From: Malacoraja senta
Taxonomy: Eukaryota
Assembly: GCA_038087875.1 (NCBI GenBank)
Contig: CM075989.1
Span: 13,580,001-13,644,000, forward strand
Direction of reading: 5' to 3'
Length of the DNA: 64,000 nt
The translations under genes were made by a program, and so were the position numbers. Under the pieces are notes generated by a model that had not been told where the DNA came from, ran no database searches, and saw nothing but the letters and a program-made list of their open reading frames with translations. The number at the start of each line of letters is the position of its first letter. Within the stretch, counting starts at the first letter, position 1. This document shows, in pieces, positions 60,872 to 64,000 of this stretch.

Positions 60872-61290
60872 TCAAGGCTTCCCCACAGGCCGCGGCTGTG
60901 GACTGGGAACGCGGCCGGAGGCCTTAATCCAGGGCCTTGCGGGTAGAAGCCCCGGTCGGGCGAAGTGGCTGGGACCCTGGTCGGTACCATGGAGGCGTGA
61001 AGTGGGGCGTTGACAGCGGTGAGGCCTCGTGACTAGGGGACCTCGGCGATAGTGAAGCTTCACGGTAGCAGCGATGCGAGCATGGAGGACCACGGTGAGG
61101 AGGGGGAAGAACAATGGAAGACCCGGCCTGGGGGAACCGCCGTGTGAGAGGTGGGGGTCAAAAGTGGGAGCCGGCGTGCTTTGTAACTTTGTCAGCGCCG
61201 TAGGTGGCTGCTATTTGTATACATTGTGTATGCAAGCAAAGAATCTCACTGTGCCTAGTCACGTGTGATAATAAAGTATTCCTATTCCAT
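60872..61290 (+). mobile_element. 5'-truncated GC-rich element with Rex/Babar-like tail
   Basis: CpG-rich body ending GTGATAATAAAGTATTCCTATTCC. Confidence 0.5.
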
Positions 61291-62380
61291 TTGCTAAGGA
61301 GCTGCAAATAGAAATGACCATTGTGAAGTCATCAGCCAACATCCCAACCTTCGAGCTTATGCTGACAGGAGGTCATTGAATCAGTTATACAGCACAATGG
61401 CCCTTTCTGTTCACTCCATGTTGACGTTTTTACCCATCTACACCAATCCCAGTTCATATCCCTCTCAGGCTTGCCTGTTAAAGGTCCTGTCTAAATGCCA
61501 CTTAAACGTAGTGGTCATATCTGATTTCACCACTTCCTGGCACCGTGTTCCAGATACCAACCATTAATAACACTCAGCAGGTCAGGGACCCTCTGGGGTG
61601 TGAGAAACAGTTAATGTTTCAGCTATATGACCTTTCATCAAAATGGCCTGATCTCTGAAATATCAGCAACATTCCCTTTCTAAAGGTCCCAATGTGAACA
61701 CTTGCCCCAGTTTAATAAATCAGATTTGGTTCATTGCTAAGTTGCTGATTTATTTTTAATCAGCATTTCAATATTTCTACACACCTCAAATTTCCAGCCT
61801 GCATTCCCCACATAATATTACCAGGATTCACAGATAGTGAGGAAATGATTGGAATAATCCTGTCCATTGCAATTGGATACTGCTGTGAATTACTAGGGCT
61901 GAATTTGTACATCTTTATCGTTACATGACACTCAGCAGAAGTAAACCTGCTTTTTTAGAGACTTTGCTGTAGCTCCAATAGTGAGTTGTGATTGTTGTCG
62001 TTCATAAACCGACTGGGTGGTCAGCCATACACCCAACTCATTTGCTGGAGCAGGATTTAAATTGTGACAATTCCCATTGTTGGTTACCCAATCCTCTATG
62101 TGTTAGCATTGTGATGGGACTGCTTAGCAGTTGGGCAAGCTGAGCAGCAACATTAAAGAAAATATTAGCGACGGAGAGGAGTGCAATTTATTTTCAGCAG
62201 CTGGGAAGTGCAGTTCACTGGGTTCTTGTGGTGAATGAGCACCTCTGGTGGTGACTCGGGTCTCAGCCTCTGTACAAGGAAGAGGCTCAGTTGCAAAAAT
62301 TGAAAAGACTTGCATTTTTAAAGAAGGCTTTCCTTTCAACTAAAACCCAACATTGCACCTGCGGCTGAAACGGGATTATG

Positions 62381-62633
62381 TCACAGTAGTTTTGTAAACT
62401 CGGGGAAGGGAATATTATGACTGACTTTTAAAATGCCATAACTTTCCAAAGCAAAACAGGGATTGACCAGATTCTGAAATTGCTGTGAAAAGGTGAAGAG
62501 GAGCTGACAGATGTCGACATTGAAGAAGGAAAGTTTTCCTGTGTCGTAGTCCAGGAGAATTCCAATTCTGGTTGGTGTGATAGTGATTCTCAAGTCTGGA
62601 GTCAGCCCTTTGTGAAGGAATTCAAATTTACTC
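62381..62633 (-). CDS. FSD2: Last coding exon of an FSD2-like (FN3/SPRY, CMYA5 family) gene; rest of gene lies beyond or upstream on the - strand
   Basis: - strand ctgcag acceptor, then [40 protein letters not shown]...PCFALE...*. This is a B30.2/SPRY C-terminus resembling FSD2 (EFLH...PDIRIT...IGILLDY...KLSFFNVD); ortholog versus paralog unresolved. Confidence 0.8.
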
Positions 62634-63042
62634 CTGCAGAGTTAAAAGAGTAAGAAATATCACGTACAAGACTGCAGCAGCTAACAGTTCACACTCACTT
62701 AATTCCCATCCGTGGAGCTCATACCCCACTCCCACTCACCATGTTTACACCCACACTGCTCACATCCACCCTGCTTGCACAACCCCCCCAGCTCGGACCT
62801 CACACTACTCACACTCAACTCCACACACTCAACTCAGAGACAACAGTCGTACCTCACGGTTGCTAATATTGGGCAGTTTTAGACAAGGGGACTGCAATCC
62901 CTGCACTGGCTGTTGCTGCATAGGAGGATGGATAAGCCTGAACTGAAATTGTGGAAGAAAGTTTAAGTTACTACTGTGTGGAGATCAACAGAAATAAAAT
63001 GACTTCCTATTCCTAACATGCCAGATATTTCCAAATTCCTCA

Positions 63043-63651
63043 CGAGTATAGAAGTTGGGAGGTCATGTTGCAGTTGTATAAGACGTTGGCGAGATCACAT
63101 TTAGAGTATTGTGTTCAGTTCTGGGCACCATGTTATAGGAAAGATATAGTCAAGTTTGAAAGGGTTTCAGAGAAGATTTACGAGGATGTTGCCAGGACTA
63201 GAGGGTTTGAGCAATAGGGAGAGGTTGAGTAGGCTGGGTTTCGATTCCTTGAAGCGCAGGAGGATGAGGGGTGATCTTCTAGAGGTGTAAAAAAATCATG
63301 AGACGAATAGATCGGGTAGATGCAAAGAATCTCTTGCCCAGAGTAGGGGAGTAGAGGACCAGAGGACATAGGTTCAGGTGAAGGGGAAAAGATTTAATAG
63401 GAATCTGAGTGGTAACTTTTTCACACAAAGGGTGGTGGGTGTATGGAACAAGATGCCACATGAGGTAGTTGAGGCGGGGACTATCGCAACATTTAAGAAA
63501 CAGTCAGACAGGTACATGGATTGGACAAGTTTGGAGGGATATGGACCAAGCGCAGGCAGGTGCGACTAGTGTAGCTGGGACATGTTGGCCAGTGTGGGCA
63601 AGTTGGGCTGAAGGGCCTGTTTCCACACGGTATCACTCTATGACTCTATGA
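63043..63651 (+). mobile_element. CR1 3' fragment; similar short CR1 ends at about 2064-2375, 3053-3270, 7165-7452, 14590-15120, 58985-59190, 59810-60280, 60730-60870
   Basis: NFFTQRVVGVWN motif and CR1 3'UTR with (CTATGACT)n tail. Confidence 0.85.
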
Positions 63652-64000
63652 CGAGGTAAACACATGAGTGCCTGGAGCTCGTGATACCTCCTCTGGCAGT
63701 TCCTTGCACTCAATAATTTGCCCTATGTCTGAGGGGGTGGACTGACATGGGACTTGCAGACTTCCTAAAAGGGAATGGAGGGGTGGGGAGAAGCTAGCTA
63801 GTTTCGGGGTTGCTGCAATTACTCCTGTGATAGCAGTGCCTATGGTGGGGACTAAGTTGTTGGTATCATCTGAAAACCTGAGGCCAGAGATTCCCACCAG
63901 TGACTGGAAAGGTTGGAGGGTTTTGAGTACATGTTTCTGCTGGGGAAATGTTTTGCCCTGATAGAACTGGTTGTGAATGATCATAGGCTCAAAGCTGATG

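Noticed and set aside
63646..63984. 112-aa - strand ORF as a further FSD2-like exon
   Set aside because: No SPRY/FN3 features or supporting splice sites recognised.

Overview
Eukaryotic, repeat-rich genomic DNA, most likely from a cartilaginous fish (skate/ray/shark). That assignment is inferred from HE1/V-SINE-type SINEs and the abundant CR1 and Penelope-type repeats. The backbone is a + strand PDE8-family cAMP phosphodiesterase gene. I traced 18 phase-compatible coding exons from 5132 to the stop at 58212 (652 codons: end of the REC region, PAS domain, complete HD-type catalytic domain); its first exons were not found and probably lie upstream. It lies tail-to-tail with the last SPRY-domain exon of an FSD2-like gene (- strand, 62381-62633). 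The introns hold an intact two-ORF CR1 LINE, two Tc1 transposons (one split by a young, internally deleted class I/epsilon-like ERV with 711-bp LTRs), a non-autonomous Helitron, a hAT element with a nested palindromic Tc/mariner-type MITE, and many SINE/LINE fragments. The standout is a 168-nt TSD-flanked insertion at 53336-53503. It begins exactly with a 52-nt minimal HDV-like (CPEB3-type) self-cleaving ribozyme fold, followed by a Kozak ATG micro-ORF and an AAG tail. It is probably an Ingi/Vingi-type non-autonomous retroelement and lies in sense orientation in a PDE8 intron. All calls were made by eye; no database search was run.
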